64,000 nt of DNA from Nageia nagi (lineage: Eukaryota; Plantae; Pinophyta), in contig JBITNC010000001.1 of NCBI GenBank assembly GCA_050084985.1, positions 203,856,001 through 203,920,000 of the forward strand, given 5' to 3'. Shown piece by piece: positions 1 through 13,438 of this stretch. The translations under genes were made by a program, and so were the position numbers. Below the pieces are notes generated by a model, which worked only from the letters and a program-made list of their open reading frames with translations, was not told the origin of the DNA and did not search any database. Every line of letters starts with the position of its first letter. Position 1 is the first letter of the stretch.

Positions 1-2230
1 GGAAGATTGCATGTAGGGTTGCAGACGTAGGTACACCATATCCCCAACCTCAAACACCCTCTCAGATCGGTTCTAGTCATAGTACCTCTTTTGCTGATTT
101 TGAGCCATTTGTAGGTTCTCCTTTAGGGCAACCATGACATCCTGTTATTCTTGCAAGAAATCTTTAGCTTTTGGTGCCTCCCCAACATGGAGCCACTTGA
201 CCCACTGTTGCCCTGTCACATAATGTCTCAAGTATGTTTCCACCCATTTGTTCACTATCTCAGTCTATCCAGCCGTTTGGGGGTGATTGCTAGTGCTAGG
301 AGTTAGGCTGGTCCCACTCAATTGGAACAATTCTTGCTAGAAAACGCTCATGAACTTACTATCCCGATCACTGACAATCCTCCTAGACAGCTCGTGTAAT
401 CTGAACATCTCTTGGAAGAATAGATCAGCCACCTATGCTGTAGTGTGTGTGGCTAAAATGGCAAAGAAATGGGCAAACTTGGTGAGTCTATCCACCACAA
501 TGAAGATGCTGTCTTTACCTTGTATTTTTGGTATTCTTGTGATAAGTCCATAGATATATCCTCCCACTTTTGTTATGGAATGGGCAAAGGTTGGAGATCT
601 CCTTTAGGCTTGGCACGTTCCTCCTTGTTTTCCTGACATCGTGGACATTCTAGGACATGCTTGTAGACGTCATCTTTCAGCTCGTTTTCCATGTTGAGGG
701 GGGCGTTGTGTAGGATGTGGAGGATCTTTTCTCGAATTTTTGAATTTGGTACCAAGAGAACTCTATTCCACTTCAAAATCATACCATCCCTGATTACATA
801 TCTCTTGTTCTTCACCACCTCACTTAGAATTCCAGTAGTAAACTCATCCTTTCTATACTCATCCATAATTGTCTTCTTCCAATCTGCTATAATAGTGGAG
901 AGTGAATGGAAAGAAGGGTTTCTTGACAATACATCTGCTGCCGTATTCTTCTTCCCTGTAATGTAGAGAATCTCAAAATCGAAGGATTGTAGCATACTTA
1001 CCCATTGGTGCTGCTTTTAACTCAAATTTGTCTGGTTTAGGAAATATTTGAGACTATTATGATCACTTCAGATGATGAATGGCCCACAAACCAAGTATTG
1101 TTTGAACTTCTCCAACACATGCATGATTGCTAACATTTCCTAGTCATAGACACTAAAATTCTGTTTAGTTGGAGAGAGCTTGTAGCTCTCTAATGCAATT
1201 GGTTGTCCTTTCTGCATAATAACTGTTTCAACGCCCAATTTGGACGCATCACACTCAACCGTGGAAGGAACCAAGAAATCTAGTATAGCTAAGTAGGGGC
1301 ATGTGCACATGAGCTTCTTTAGTTTCTCAAAGGTCTCCTACGTAACTGGACTCCATACAAATGCATCTTTCTTTGTGAGTTGTGTGAGGGGGGCGGCTAG
1401 ATGGGAGAACCCTCGTATGAATCTCTGGTAATAATTACAAAGCCCCTAAAACCCTCTTAGCTGTGGTGGACGTAGGACCGACCAGTCCCGAATAGCTAGT
1501 ATCTTCTTTGCATCAACCGTCACTCCTTCATGGTTGATGATGTGCCCCAAATACAAGATCTCCTTCATACCAAACTTACATTTGGACAGTTTGGCGTAGA
1601 ACTGTTGTTCTTGCAATATTTTCAAGACCTGATCCAGATGTTGAAGGTGCTCCTCCCACATCCAGCTATACACAAGTATGTCATCAAAGAAAACTAGTAC
1701 AAACTTCCGCAATTGCTTCCTGAATACTTGATTCATGGCAGACTAGAATGTTGCGGGCGCATTGGTCAATCTAAAGGGCATTACTAAGAATTCGAAATGA
1801 CCATGGTGACATCTGAAAGCCATTTTGTGGACATCATCCTCCTTCATTTGGATCTCAAATCAATTTTTGAAAAATACATTGCCCCATGAAGCTCATCAAT
1901 GAGATCATCCACCCATGGGATCGAATATCGATTCTTTATTGTCTTCTTGTTGAGAAGCCGGTAGTCGATGCACATTTGCATTGTCCCGTCTTTCTTCTTA
2001 TCCAACACAACCGAAGAAGCAAATGGGCTGGAGCTGGGCTAGTGAAACCCATATCCAGTAGCTCCTTGATCATCTTCTCAATTTCGTCCTTATACACCTT
2101 CGGATGCCTGTAGGGAGTCACCATGATTGGTTTAGCTCTAGCTTCTAGCTCCACTGTGTGCTCAAATCCCCTGAACGGTGTCAATCCTTTTGGGAAGTCC
2201 CCAAAACCATCAGGATAATGATCCAAGACA
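1..2230 (-). mobile_element. Ty3/gypsy pol fragment (RT, RNase H, integrase), degraded and truncated; lies in an upstream intron of the SPOUT1-like gene
   Basis: ORFs with RT motifs 'LVFFDDILVYS', 'KLSKCKFG', 'PYRHPK'; RH end 'FDFEILYITGKKNTAADVLSR'; IN zinc finger 'LHILHNAP...VLECPRCQ...GDLQPLPIP'; many stops and frameshifts. Confidence 0.93.
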
Positions 2231-2350
2231 AATCCTTTTGGGAAGTTACAATATTAATAAAAAAAATATGGTATTAATGTTTTTTTATATTGTAAATTGT
2301 ATTAATGTTTTTTTATTAATATTTTAAATTTTTGCATAAAAGACAAATCA

Positions 2351-4380
2351 ATGGCACCACCAAAATCAAATAAGGAAGCTTGGAAGTACATGACAAAAGG
2401 GTCTATCAATAGTTTGACTTGCAAACTATGTGGACATCCTTTTGTTGGCACATTGACATGAGCCGTAGACCATCTTTTCTCAACGAGCAATGGTCAAGGA
2501 GGTGGTGTGGAGGGATGTAAGAGTGTAACTCCAAAAATAAAACAAAAAATTAAGGAGAGCAAATCTTCAAAACAAAGCAAAGAGAAGTTCTTAGGAAAGA
2601 GACAAAGAATTGCAAATGAAATTTCTAGGTCTTCTTTTTTTTCATCTTCAAATTCACATAATAGGTCAACAAATTCAAGTGGAAGTGGCGGTGGGAGTGG
2701 AACTTTGAATAATCTTTGGAGACCAATTCATAAACAAGATGTTGATGATGTTGTTGCTAACATGTTTTATGCATGTAACATCCCTTTCAATGTATCAAAA
2801 AATCTTTATTTTATCAATGCTTTTATAAGGTTGTAGAGTTTAGTAAAGGGTATGTACCTCCTTATTGTGGAGTATTGAGGAGTACCCTTCTCCAAAGATC
2901 AAAGGAAAGGATCATTGATTAGTTGGCCTCAATCAAAGAATCATGGAAAGAAACAGGTTGTACTATTGTGAGTGATAGTTGGTCAGATACTTGTCATAGG
3001 CCTTCGATTAACGTGTTGGTTGCATGTCCTAGAGGTGTAGTATTCTTAAGGGCCATTGATGCAATGCGTGTCACCAAAACATCAAATTATATTTTTTAGA
3101 TTTTGGAGGAGGCAATAGTGGAAGTAGGAGAAGAAAATGTTGTCCAAGTTGTAACAGATAATGCTACAAATTGTGTGGGTGTAGGGAAGTTGATCATGGA
3201 GAAGTTTCGAAGCATTTATTGGACTCCATGCGCAGCCCATTGTATTGACTTGCTTCTTCATGATTTGGCAAAGCTTGCATGGGTTCATGAAGCAGTTACA
3301 AGAGCAAAAATAGTTTCCAACTTCATAATCAACCATTGCTTGACATTGAACCTCTATAGACAAAAGTCATACAAGGAACTCTTAAGGCCTTGTGATACAA
3401 GGTTTGCATCATTTTACATCACTTTGCAAAGGGTGGTTGAACAAAAAATAGCTTTAAGATATGTTATGTGCCATCCAGATTGGGAAAAGAGTTCTCTTAA
3501 AAAATCTTCAAAAGGTATACATGTGGAATCAATAATTTTAGGCTCCAATTTTTGGGATAGTGTTGCAAAAGTTCTAAAGACATGTGATCCAATAGTACAT
3601 ATGCTCAAAGAAGTTGATAGTGATAAACCTACTATGGTTTTTGTGTATGAGGGTATGGATCGTTGCAAGGAGGCCATTGCAAGTGCTTTTGGTGATGTTG
3701 AAGATGACTACAAACAAATATGGGAAATGGTAGATTATAGATGGATGATGATGATTAATGACTTGCATTGTGTTGGATGTTATGTGGATCCTAGATTATT
3801 TGGGTTGAAAAGACACAATGATAAGAAAGTGATGCATAGTCTTTATGCAGCTATTGACAAGTTAACTCTTGATCCAAATGTTGCAAGCACAATAAGGGGG
3901 CAACTTAGGGCATACAAAAAGGAACACAGATTATTTGGCACTTCTGCAGCAAAAGCAGATAGATTTGTTATAGAACCAGGAGATTGGTGGGAATTCTATG
4001 GTGTGGATGCACCTAAGCTACAATGGTTTGCAATGCGAATTTTGAGCCAATGTACTAGTGCATCAGCCTATGAAAGAAACTCGAGCATCTTTGATCATAT
4101 TCATAGTAAGAAGAGGAATAGGTTGGGATCTGGAAAGTTGGGTGATCTTGTCTATATTCCCAGTAACTTGTGATTATTGACAAGCAATGTCGCTAAAGAA
4201 TCAGAAAACACTTCTCTTCCATCATTTGAGTCCATTCCACACTTCATGGAAGATGAAGATGAGGATCTTGACTCTGGTTATGAGAGCAATGAGCATGATT
4301 TTGTCAGTCCTCCTTTTGCCCTTGATATTATGGAGCTTGACGATGTAACGAGTGGATATCAGGGAGAACAAGAAGCATAA
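2351..4380 (+). pseudogene. hAT-superfamily transposase (BED zinc finger, DUF659-type core, hAT dimerisation region) with in-frame stops
   Basis: MAPPKSNKEAWKYM..LTCKLCG (BED finger) from ATG 2351; 'VGEENVVQVVTDNA','WTPCAAHCIDLLLHD','TRFAS','WWEFYG..P.LQ.FAMRILSQ..SAS.YERN.S.F..IHSKKRNRL' in the 356-aa ORF; acidic tail. Confidence 0.93.
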
Positions 4381-4515
4381 ATTCTTGTGTTTTCAACTTC
4401 TTTGTTTTTGTGTTTTTACCTTTGTTTGGTGTTCTAAAATGGAATTGCTAGTGTTTATTTCAAGTCTCTATTTGAATTTCTTATACTATATCATATATGT
4501 ACATGTTTAACATAT

Positions 4516-4611
4516 CGAATTTAATACCGACTTTTATCCCGAATTTTTTGACATGCCGAATTTCATTCGAATTACAAGCTTGCTGAATTCGAATTCGAAC
4601 TTGACAACTTA
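4516..4611 (+). repeat. hAT 3' subterminal CGAATT repeats and probable right TIR (...TTGACAACTTA)
   Basis: Cluster of CGAATT/GAATTCG motifs ending in TTGACAACTTA, immediately followed by a microsatellite; the 5' TIR partner is missing. Confidence 0.55.
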
Positions 4612-4618
4612 GCCTGCC

Positions 4619-4653
4619 ATATATATATATATGTGTGTGTGTGTGAGAGAGAG
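4619..4653. repeat. Compound (AT)(GT)(GA) microsatellite
   Basis: atatatatatatatgtgtgtgtgtgtgagagagaga. Confidence 0.9.
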
Positions 4654-5041
4654 ATTGAGTAGAATTTGCCATTAATGGAGTTTGTCTAAGATGCAAATAA
4701 TTGACATTTTTTGGGCACCACATGCATTCCTATGCTACTAATGAATGGCATATATATTCTCTAGACTTACGTACAATTTTCTTAACTGTACATAAGCATT
4801 CTTTGTATCATTATATTGTCTCTAAATTGTTTATGTTAACACTTGTAATTGGTGTTTTATAGAGTCAGGTGTCTAGATACACCTTTTGCTGTTTAATTTT
4901 TGTGTTTTGCTTATTGATCATAGAATGTATGAACTGCTTTGAGTATTACTGATATAGAATATTCAAACTAGTGCCCTCTATTGAATTCCTCATAGGATAA
5001 CATTTTGATGCCATGTATATTTTGCTGGTTTAATGTGGCAG

Positions 5042-5111
5042 ACATTTACTGATTGCATTTGGAGGCCTTGGAGGTCTTGAGGAAAATATTGAGGAAGATG
5101 ATAACCTCAAG
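5042..5111 (+). CDS. SPOUT1: Internal exon of SPOUT-domain methyltransferase (C9orf114/SPOUT1 homolog): (R)HLLIAFGGLGGLEENIEEDDNLK
   Basis: CAG acceptor 5039-5041, GT donor 5112; peptide matches the HLLIxFGG..GLE motif of this family and splices in frame to 22169. Confidence 0.88.
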
Positions 5112-8100
5112 GTACAGTAACCAGTTTCTACAGCTAAAATGTTTAATAATGAAGGCATTGCTTCTTCCTGAAGCATTTTTGGTGGATATCTGTCTGGTTT
5201 AACTTTTGTCTTGTTCTCAGAAATTTTGAAAGAGCTAGTACGGGTTGGTTAACATTGTATCTTTGGTAGCAGAAACCAGTAGTCAGGTTTCTTTATTTGG
5301 TCCACATTAGTAGTTTATTCATGGCAGTTCTTTATTTTTTCAAAGAAAGAGGCACCCACAAAATTGACCTCCCATATATTGTGCCCTAGATGCTTATGTT
5401 TTGGGTTATGTATGTTAGAAGGCCTAAGCATAATTTTCTTATTAAAGAGGTGTAAATGATGGAATCTTTTGTAGTTGACTATTCTTGGTACTACATCTGC
5501 AATATAGATTGGAAGAAGCAACAACATCACATATGCCACTTTGTAAATAATCGTAAAAACCATCAGTCAAGTTATTGCAGTTCAATTTGGAAGGCAATCC
5601 TAAATAAAAAATTCTGCAATTAACATTAGAGGCATTATTTTGGCAAAAATTAATGTTGTTACAAACTCTCTATCGAAATGGTTAACAGCAAGAACAGAAC
5701 CATGTGGAACTAGACAGGAGTATTTTCAAAAATCTCTATGCAACATTTTTGAGAAAATTGTTAAACATTGCAACATAACTCCTTCAGAGAAGTTCTAGGA
5801 AGGTACTGATAAATATTTGACCTGAAGAAGCATGGAGTTGAAGGAACACTAGAATCTAGGTAGGAAACAGCTTACTTTGTCCTGATTCATGAACTGTCAT
5901 CTGCTTTTATACAAAATTAGGAATGTCGGAAGACTTCATAGTCTTTCATTTTCTATTTCAACAACCCTACTAGAGTAAGCTTCAATAATTCCATTATGTG
6001 GTAAACCATACATCATGGTGGCCTGGTACATTCAGGCAAGTTTGATGTACACAAGTTAATATTGGGATAACTTCCTAAACATACACTCAACTACATACAA
6101 TAACAACATAACAACTACTAGCTTTTCCTTTGTTCTGAATGCTGTGTTGCTTTACATGTTTGTGTATAAAGTGGCAATTCATCTCAATGTGCTTTGTGTA
6201 CTCATGGAACACACAATTAGGAACAAGGTTTAGAACACCTCGATTGTCACTGTAGAGAATCATGGTTTGATTCTATACTATTACTGTTCTTGCTGTTATG
6301 CGATGCAATAATATTGCATCACAAACAACTCTACCTGTGATTGAATATTCTGTTTTGGAGGAGGAGCGAGCAACTATGGTTTGGTTCTTGCTCCCCATGG
6401 AATCGGACCAGATACCAATAAGAAAACAAATCTAGATGTGAATTTCCTATCATCAATGGACCCTGCATATTCTGCATTTGTAATAAACACTCAGAAAAAA
6501 TGATCAGTATTCTTATGTTCCAAACCATGTTCATAATTCATAGTACAATGGATACACTTCAACGCTTGCTTTATTGCCTTCGAACGACATAACTTTGTTT
6601 CCTGCATGAGCCATGAAAGATAGTTAATAATATAGTTGATATCTAGTGTAGAATCCCAATCACAAATTCAAAGTGCAATTAAGCAAATTCAATCACATTA
6701 ACACCCATGTCTGGCCTAGAAAGGCAATTTCAAGCAAATACACCCTCACGATGCCAACGCTAGGGTTAGGGCACCAAATACAAGTCTACACAACACAATA
6801 ATGCCAACATATGGCTACAACATGCATGAAGGGACAAGTACACCGCAACGTTCCAATAATGGACATGATATAAGAGAATATGAAGATCTAATTGCCCAAC
6901 GACTGTATTAATGATATGAAGCAATAACAATACAATGCCAGGCCCAAAGGGCTCAATGTTGGCCTCCAAGGAGCCAACTAGGGAATAACAAATATGATCA
7001 ATGCTGGACGGATGAAACAATAGTTGGGACAACCTCACTCCCTCAAAATCTGAATCCTCTCCATCGAAGGAGCTCTCTCAATACCTTGGAAACCAACTGA
7101 ATGGTAGAAATGCGACCTCAGAATGCCACTGGATGGACTAAGATGCTGCACCTTAGCTGTAGATCAACAATATCCCCCAACCTTTGCTGCACCTTAGCCG
7201 TAGATCAACAATATCCCCCAACCTTTGCTGCACCTAGGGATGTGCTTGACATTGTGCCAAGATTGGTGTCCACTGGACGATATGAGCAATAATAATAAAT
7301 TTGTATATCCAACAATGATGCTTTAAGGACTAATATAGCTTGCATTGGATCTGGATCTCACATCAAAGTAGGGGCCATTCAAGGCCCAACATGGGTATCT
7401 GGGCCTCCCTTATGCTCCACATGGGTCGTCAAGCTCAACATGGACCTTAGAGGGCATGTGTGGGTCAAGGAGGCATGCATGGATACCTAGGAGGTGTGGG
7501 TGGGTGTCATGGGCCAATGTGGGGGTTTAGGAGTCTCTCCAAGGTTGGTGCATGTGTACAAGTGCTCCCAATCTAAACGTTGGGGCCATTAAGTGACTAT
7601 CCATGCTCTAATTGCTAAATAAGCCTTGGGATTCCCACAATCACTTTTTGGGATCTCCAATTACATTAAATCACATTAATCCACACTTGGTAGGGAGATG
7701 TTGCACTGAGGGCTCACAGTGGGGTCCAACGGCCCTTTATGTCTTCTATCCCCCAAGTACTAACTAATAAAGCACAATTAAATAACTAAACATATACAAA
7801 GGGGCATCCATCTTCTGCTCTCGAATTGCTTGGCCTCAAGCAATGGTAGAATGCTGCAACATGTCTTCCAAGAATCCTTTAACCTTGTTGATTGGAATCT
7901 GTTGGAGTGGAATGCAACTTCATGAAGTCTCCTCCATGGTGAAGGTCCAGTATGAAACGTTGAAGCTATCTCATCTTGTATCAACATTTCATGCAAGAAT
8001 TTTGATATGTTGTTGCTACTGTTAATCCTCATTAAGTACCAAGATGCTTGCAAACATTTTGGTGCCATTATCCTTAGAAAACATAGGAGTGTATTCAGAG

Positions 8101-8229
8101 ATGCTGATGTATCCATCCATGCTAGGCATCTAGTTGTTGTAGTGGAGATATGGAAGCCTCCTTGAAGATGTACTTGCAAAGATATCAAGTAAATCAAGCA
8201 TTCGTAGAAAAAGGTGGAGCCTTTGCTCC

Positions 8230-8900
8230 ATGGCTGTGCCCAAGACTCCCCCAAAGTCAACATTGGGTACCACACTCCCCCAATCTCCGTGGGGCTCCAA
8301 TTCTTCCAGATGCTCAACATGGCATGCCAGACTTCCCCAATCTCCAATGTGGGGCTCTAATGCTTCCAGATGCTCAACGTGAGGTGCCAAACTTCGTCCA
8401 AGCCCATTGTGAAGTGGTGTAGCCTCTCCATGCTCAACGAGGGGTGCCAAGACTCCTTCATGCCCAATGTCAGGTGTCCAAGCCTACCCAAGTCCAACGT
8501 AGAATACTAGAACTCCATCATGCCAATCGTTGGGTTCCCAAGCCTCACCAAACCCAACGTGAGATGCCAGAACTCCTCCATGGCTGGTGTAGGATGCCTA
8601 GGCCTCTCCAAGCGTAGTGTAGGGTGCAAGAGTCCCTTCATGCTCATCATCAAGTACCAAAGCCCGTCATCCTCCCACGTGAGGTGCAGAAGCTCCTCCA
8701 AGTCCAACATGGGGTGCAAGAGCCCCTCCAAGCTCAACGTCAAACATCAAGCCTCCTCAATGTCCCACATGAGGAATAAAAGCTCCTCCATGTCCAATGT
8801 GGGGTGCAAAAGGCCCTCCATGCTCAACGTCATATGCCAAGACTCCTTTATGTCCAACATGGGGTGTGGGAGCTCATCATTGCTCCAAGGCTCCTTCATG
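8230..8900 (-). repeat. 30-bp tandem array encoding about 22 decapeptide repeats in frame with the protease
   Basis: Motif (C/T)CAACRTGRGGTG recurs every 30 nt; translation LPHPMLDIKE SWHMTLSMEG LLHPTLDMEE ... Confidence 0.85.
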
Positions 8901-11077
8901 TTCTCCGTGGGCTCTTCTTCCTTCTTCTGACACAGCTCAATCACCTCTAGTCTTTTGTTGGCAACCTGTGGGCAATCATCTGGAATTCCTTGCAATGTGT
9001 GGGTCTTTCTATCAATGTCAAAGCTCATGGTGAGCTTCTTGTAGTTGTTGCGAATGTCACCCAATTTGAATAGCCATTGCACTCCCAAGATGATGTGAGG
9101 ATGTCCCTTCAAAGGATAGACATAAAAATCTTTCCTCATCGTGTAGCTTTGCAGTCTAACTCCAAATCTCTCAACAATTTGGTCCACCAAAGTGAGTTTC
9201 CCATTAGCATTGGAAACTTTGAAACCTTCGAACCCCTTGGTATTAAGGCCCTTCTTTTTTGCAAAACCCTCATCAATGAAATTATGTGATGCTCCAAGGT
9301 CAATCAAGACCATCACATCCTAGCCGCCTATCGCCTGTTGCTTGCTTGCCCCACTACCTTCAGTGTGAGGTACTTCTTCACCCATGGAGTGAAGCAATCA
9401 TGCTCCCCAATGAGCCTTCTACCTTAGGTGCCTCTTTGTCCAACATGTCTGTACCAAGGTCTAGATCTGAATCGCCCTCTTGTTCATCTAAGAACACCTC
9501 GATATAATGCACCTGCCCCGTGCCTTGGCAACGGTGTTTTGGCTCCTATGTGTTCTTGCAGTAGCAATACTTTCCTTCCTCCCTCAGCTTCCTCCTTGTG
9601 ACTACATCCAACTGGCTTGTCTGAGAAGGAGGGAAGGGTTTGGACCTATTAAGCCTCTCTTTTTTTGCAAACATCCTTTGTGGGGCTTGTCCTTTGTGTG
9701 ACTCCCCTCCCTTGAGAGATTTCATGGTGGACTCCAAGTCATATGCAGCCCTAATGGTGTCATCAAGGTCTCTTGGTGTAGATACCTTGACCATTCCCTG
9801 TAATGGTTCCATCAATCCTTCTATTAAAAGGAATGTCAATATCTCGTCAGGAATGTTATAAATCATGATTGCCATTTTCTGGAATTCGGATACATACTCA
9901 TCTATTGCACCCTATTGTTTCAAAGATGTCAATTCTCTGAAGTAATCATTCTCCCTTTTCCGATCAAACCTCTTTACCAATCTTATAGCAAACTCATCGA
10001 AAGACGTGATGTGGGACTAATATTGATTGATTGTTCCATGTTGCCACCATTTGAGGGCATCACCTTCAAAGCGCAATGATGCAAAATGAATTGCATCCTC
10101 CTCTACCATGTTCAAACCCAAGGTAAAGTAGGTTTGCAACTGATGTAGCCAAGCCCTAGCTGTCATCCTCCTACTATCATAGAAGGGCACTTGCATCTTG
10201 TTGATTTTCTGCTACAAATCCCTCTTATCTCCCCACGAGTTGCTTTGGGAGTGTGTGTCGTGAGAGCTACCTCCTTTCAGCCCTAAGAACTCTAGGTAGT
10301 TGTTGAAGTTCATATCTCCCCTCAATCCTAGATCCAGCATGGAGTACTCTCTAAAAATTTGGTTCAACTCCAGAGGGCTAGGGATCCGGTTCTCTACTTC
10401 ATCAGCTGGCTTCTTGGCAAACATGGGCTTGGACGGTTTAGGAATATTGGGTTGCTCCCCTATCATCCCAACGCCCTCATCTAGGAACCTCCCTAGGAGA
10501 GGGTTAGTTCCATACGGAGCTCTATGAGAATAGGACATCAAACATGTGGGTTCTGGACAACCCATGGATCATGATGGGTGGATCCTCTATCCCTCAGACA
10601 TCAGGATCTCCTTGATCTCGACTCCCTCTCCATCTTGTCCTCTTGTGGCTCTTCTTCTTCATTTGGGATAGGACGTGGGGGGCTCGTATGCCTTTCTTGC
10701 TTTTCTTGACCTCCAATGAATTTGTTGACGACGGTCATATGCTTCTACATGGTGGTTATGACCCTCGTCATGTTTTGGATGGCTGAGATGAGCTCATTAA
10801 ACCTCCTCTTTGGTGTGGACTCTCTAGTCGGAGTAGGGCTTCTTCTCTTGGCAGATGTGGATTTGCCTCTTCTTGCCTCATTCTTCTCACCAAAATTGTC
10901 CTCATCGGGGACATCATTCAACCATGGCCGACGATCCTCATCTTGGGTGGCTTTGGAAGGGGTTTCTTCATGTTGTGTCTTCCCACACTTCTTTGTTGAT
11001 GCCATCTCTCTACTGATGTTAAATCTGGTGTAGTAGTTGTGAACTGCAGGTTTCATTCACAGGTTGGCCAGATCCAA

Positions 11078-11089
11078 GCTCTGATACCA
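11078..11089 (-). promoter_or_regulatory. Primer-binding site TGGTATCAGAGC (tRNA-iMet), family A
   Basis: gctctgatacca, 1 nt from the LTR edge at 11091. Confidence 0.92.
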
Positions 11090-13438
11090 CTATAGAATCC
11101 CAATCACAAATTCAAGTGCAATTAAGCAAATTCAATCACATTAACACCCATGTCTAGCCTAGAAGGGTAATTACAAGCAAATACACCCTCACAATGCCAA
11201 TGTTAGGGTTAGGGCACCAAATACACATCTACACAACATAATAATACCAAAGTCTAGATACAACATGCATGAAGGGACAAGTACACCGCAACTTTGCTAT
11301 AATGGACAATGATACAAGAGAATATGAAGATCGAATTTCCCAACGGCTGTATTAATGATATGAAGCAATAACAATACAATTCCAGGCCCAAAGGGCTCAA
11401 CATTGGCCTTCAAGGAGCCAACTAGGGCGTAACAGATATGATTAATGCTAGATGGATGGAACAACTTCACTCCCTCAAAATTTGAATCCTCTCCATCGAA
11501 GGAGCTCTCTCCAAACCTTGGAAACCAACTAAATGGTAGGAATGCCATCAAATTGACTAAGATGTTGCACCTTAGCCGTAGATCGATGTGCTTGATGCTA
11601 CAACAAATCTAGTGTCCACTGGATGGTATGAACAATAATAATAAATTTGTATATCCAACAATGATGCTCCAAGGCCTAATATAGTTCACATTGGATTTGG
11701 ATCTCACCTCAAAGTCATCACCCAACCCCTCAAACCCCAACAATGGTGCCTAGGGGTCATTCCAGACCCAATGTGGGTATCTGGGCCTCCCTTATGCTCC
11801 ACGTGGGTCCTCAAGCTCAATGTGGACCTTTGAGGGCATGCGTGGGTCAAGGAGGCATGCGTAGAGACCTAGGAGGTGTGCATGGGTGTCATGGGCCAAC
11901 GTGGGGATCTAGGAGTCTTCCCAAGGTTGGCGCATGTGTACAAGTGCTCCCAATCTCAATGTTGGGCCATTAAATGACTATCCATGCTCTAAGTGCTAAA
12001 TAAGCCTTGGGATTCCCACAATTACTTTTCGGGATCTCCAAGTACATTAAATCACACTAAACTACACTTGGAAGGGAGACGTCCCACATGGGGCTCATAG
12101 TGGGGTTCAACGGCCCTTTATGTCTTCTATCCCAAGTACTAACTAATAAAGCACAATTAAATAATTAAATATATACAAAGGGGAATCCATTGGATTCTAG
12201 AATTAATTACAATAATCAAAGGGGAATGTCACATCTAGTCTAGTGTATGTTAGGTAACTAAATTCCCCAATCAAGTAATGATAGAAAGTTGCATTCACCA
12301 AAGGAGACTAATAAAAAGAGATAATTGCAACCTTGGCTCAATGGGTGTAGTCATGGGCTCTTAGTCAATCATTTGAAACCTCTCCATCAAAGTCTTAGCA
12401 TATTTGATTTGTGAGATACAAAGATGTGGTGATTGTCAAAGCCAAAATGATAACGTAGAAATCCTAGATCAATCATATTCATTTTTTTAAGGTCATTCCT
12501 TGTTGTATAAATCACCACCTCTGAGTTGCTTGTGATGACCAAGTTGTCTACATGCATAATAAGGATTGTGACCTTTCCTCGTTTCTTTGTAAGGTAAAAG
12601 TTTTTATCATATGGAATTTGACTAAATCCATGGTGCTCTAAATGCTCATCTATTTTGATATACCATTCTTGAGGAGCTTGTGTAAGACTTTAGAGACATT
12701 TTATGAGTTTGCACATTTTTTGCTCTTTACTAGGCATGACATATCCATTTGGTTGGGTCATAAAGACCTCCTCCTTAAGGTCTCCATTGAGTAAGACACT
12801 CTTTACATCCATTTGATATATCTTCCATCCAAATTGTGTTGCTAAAGAAAAAAACCATTATGACATTCTTTATATTGGTTGTTGGAGCAAATATATCTTC
12901 ACAATCAATGTCTTCCTTTTTAGTAGAGCCCTTTTCCATAGGTCTTTCCTTATACTTGTTTATATTGCTATTTACCTTATATTTAGTTTTGTAGACCAAT
13001 ATACATCTAAATTTCTAATGACTTTCTTCCTTGGTGGAAGATTGAAAAACTCTCAAGTCTTATTTTTCATTAGGGACTGATATTTTGCATTCATGTCATC
13101 CTTCCATGTCTTAGATTTTAATGCTTCTTGAATAGTAAAAGGTTCAAAATTTTTGACTTTTATGTTCACGAGTGCTAGGTTCATCTCATTATGAGCCATG
13201 CTACGAGTCCTTCATCCTTAAGTTGATATATTTGGTGCTTGATCCAACTTTGCATCATAAATCATGCTTGTATACCACATGGGCAATCTCTTTGTAGTAT
13301 TTGTAGGTGCTAAGAAGGTTGATCATTGTCATACCCATATTCGTCATCATCATCCTCATTTAAATTGATTATAGCATCAGTATTTGAGAGAGTAGGAGGT
13401 GAGTTAGAATCCCTTATCTCCTTCAAATATTACATTTT

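Larger units (their letters stand above)
6647..12233 (-). mobile_element. Non-autonomous Ty3/gypsy-derived LTR element, family A (gag + protease + decapeptide repeats; no RT/RH/IN)
   Basis: LTRs 6647-~7811 and 11091-12233; TSD TCTAG (6642-6646 / 12234-12238); tRNA-iMet PBS; gag remnants 9546-10565; protease 'VLIDLGASHNFI...IILGVQWL' 9316-8950. Confidence 0.92.

Noticed and set aside
3103-4173. 356-aa hAT ORF as an active or domesticated gene
   Set aside because: Multiple stops upstream and at 4171-4173, and the 5' end of the element is lost.
8130-8930. Alternative-frame and plus-strand ORFs over the 30-bp array
   Set aside because: Shadows of the repeat; only the frame continuous with the protease has coherent support.
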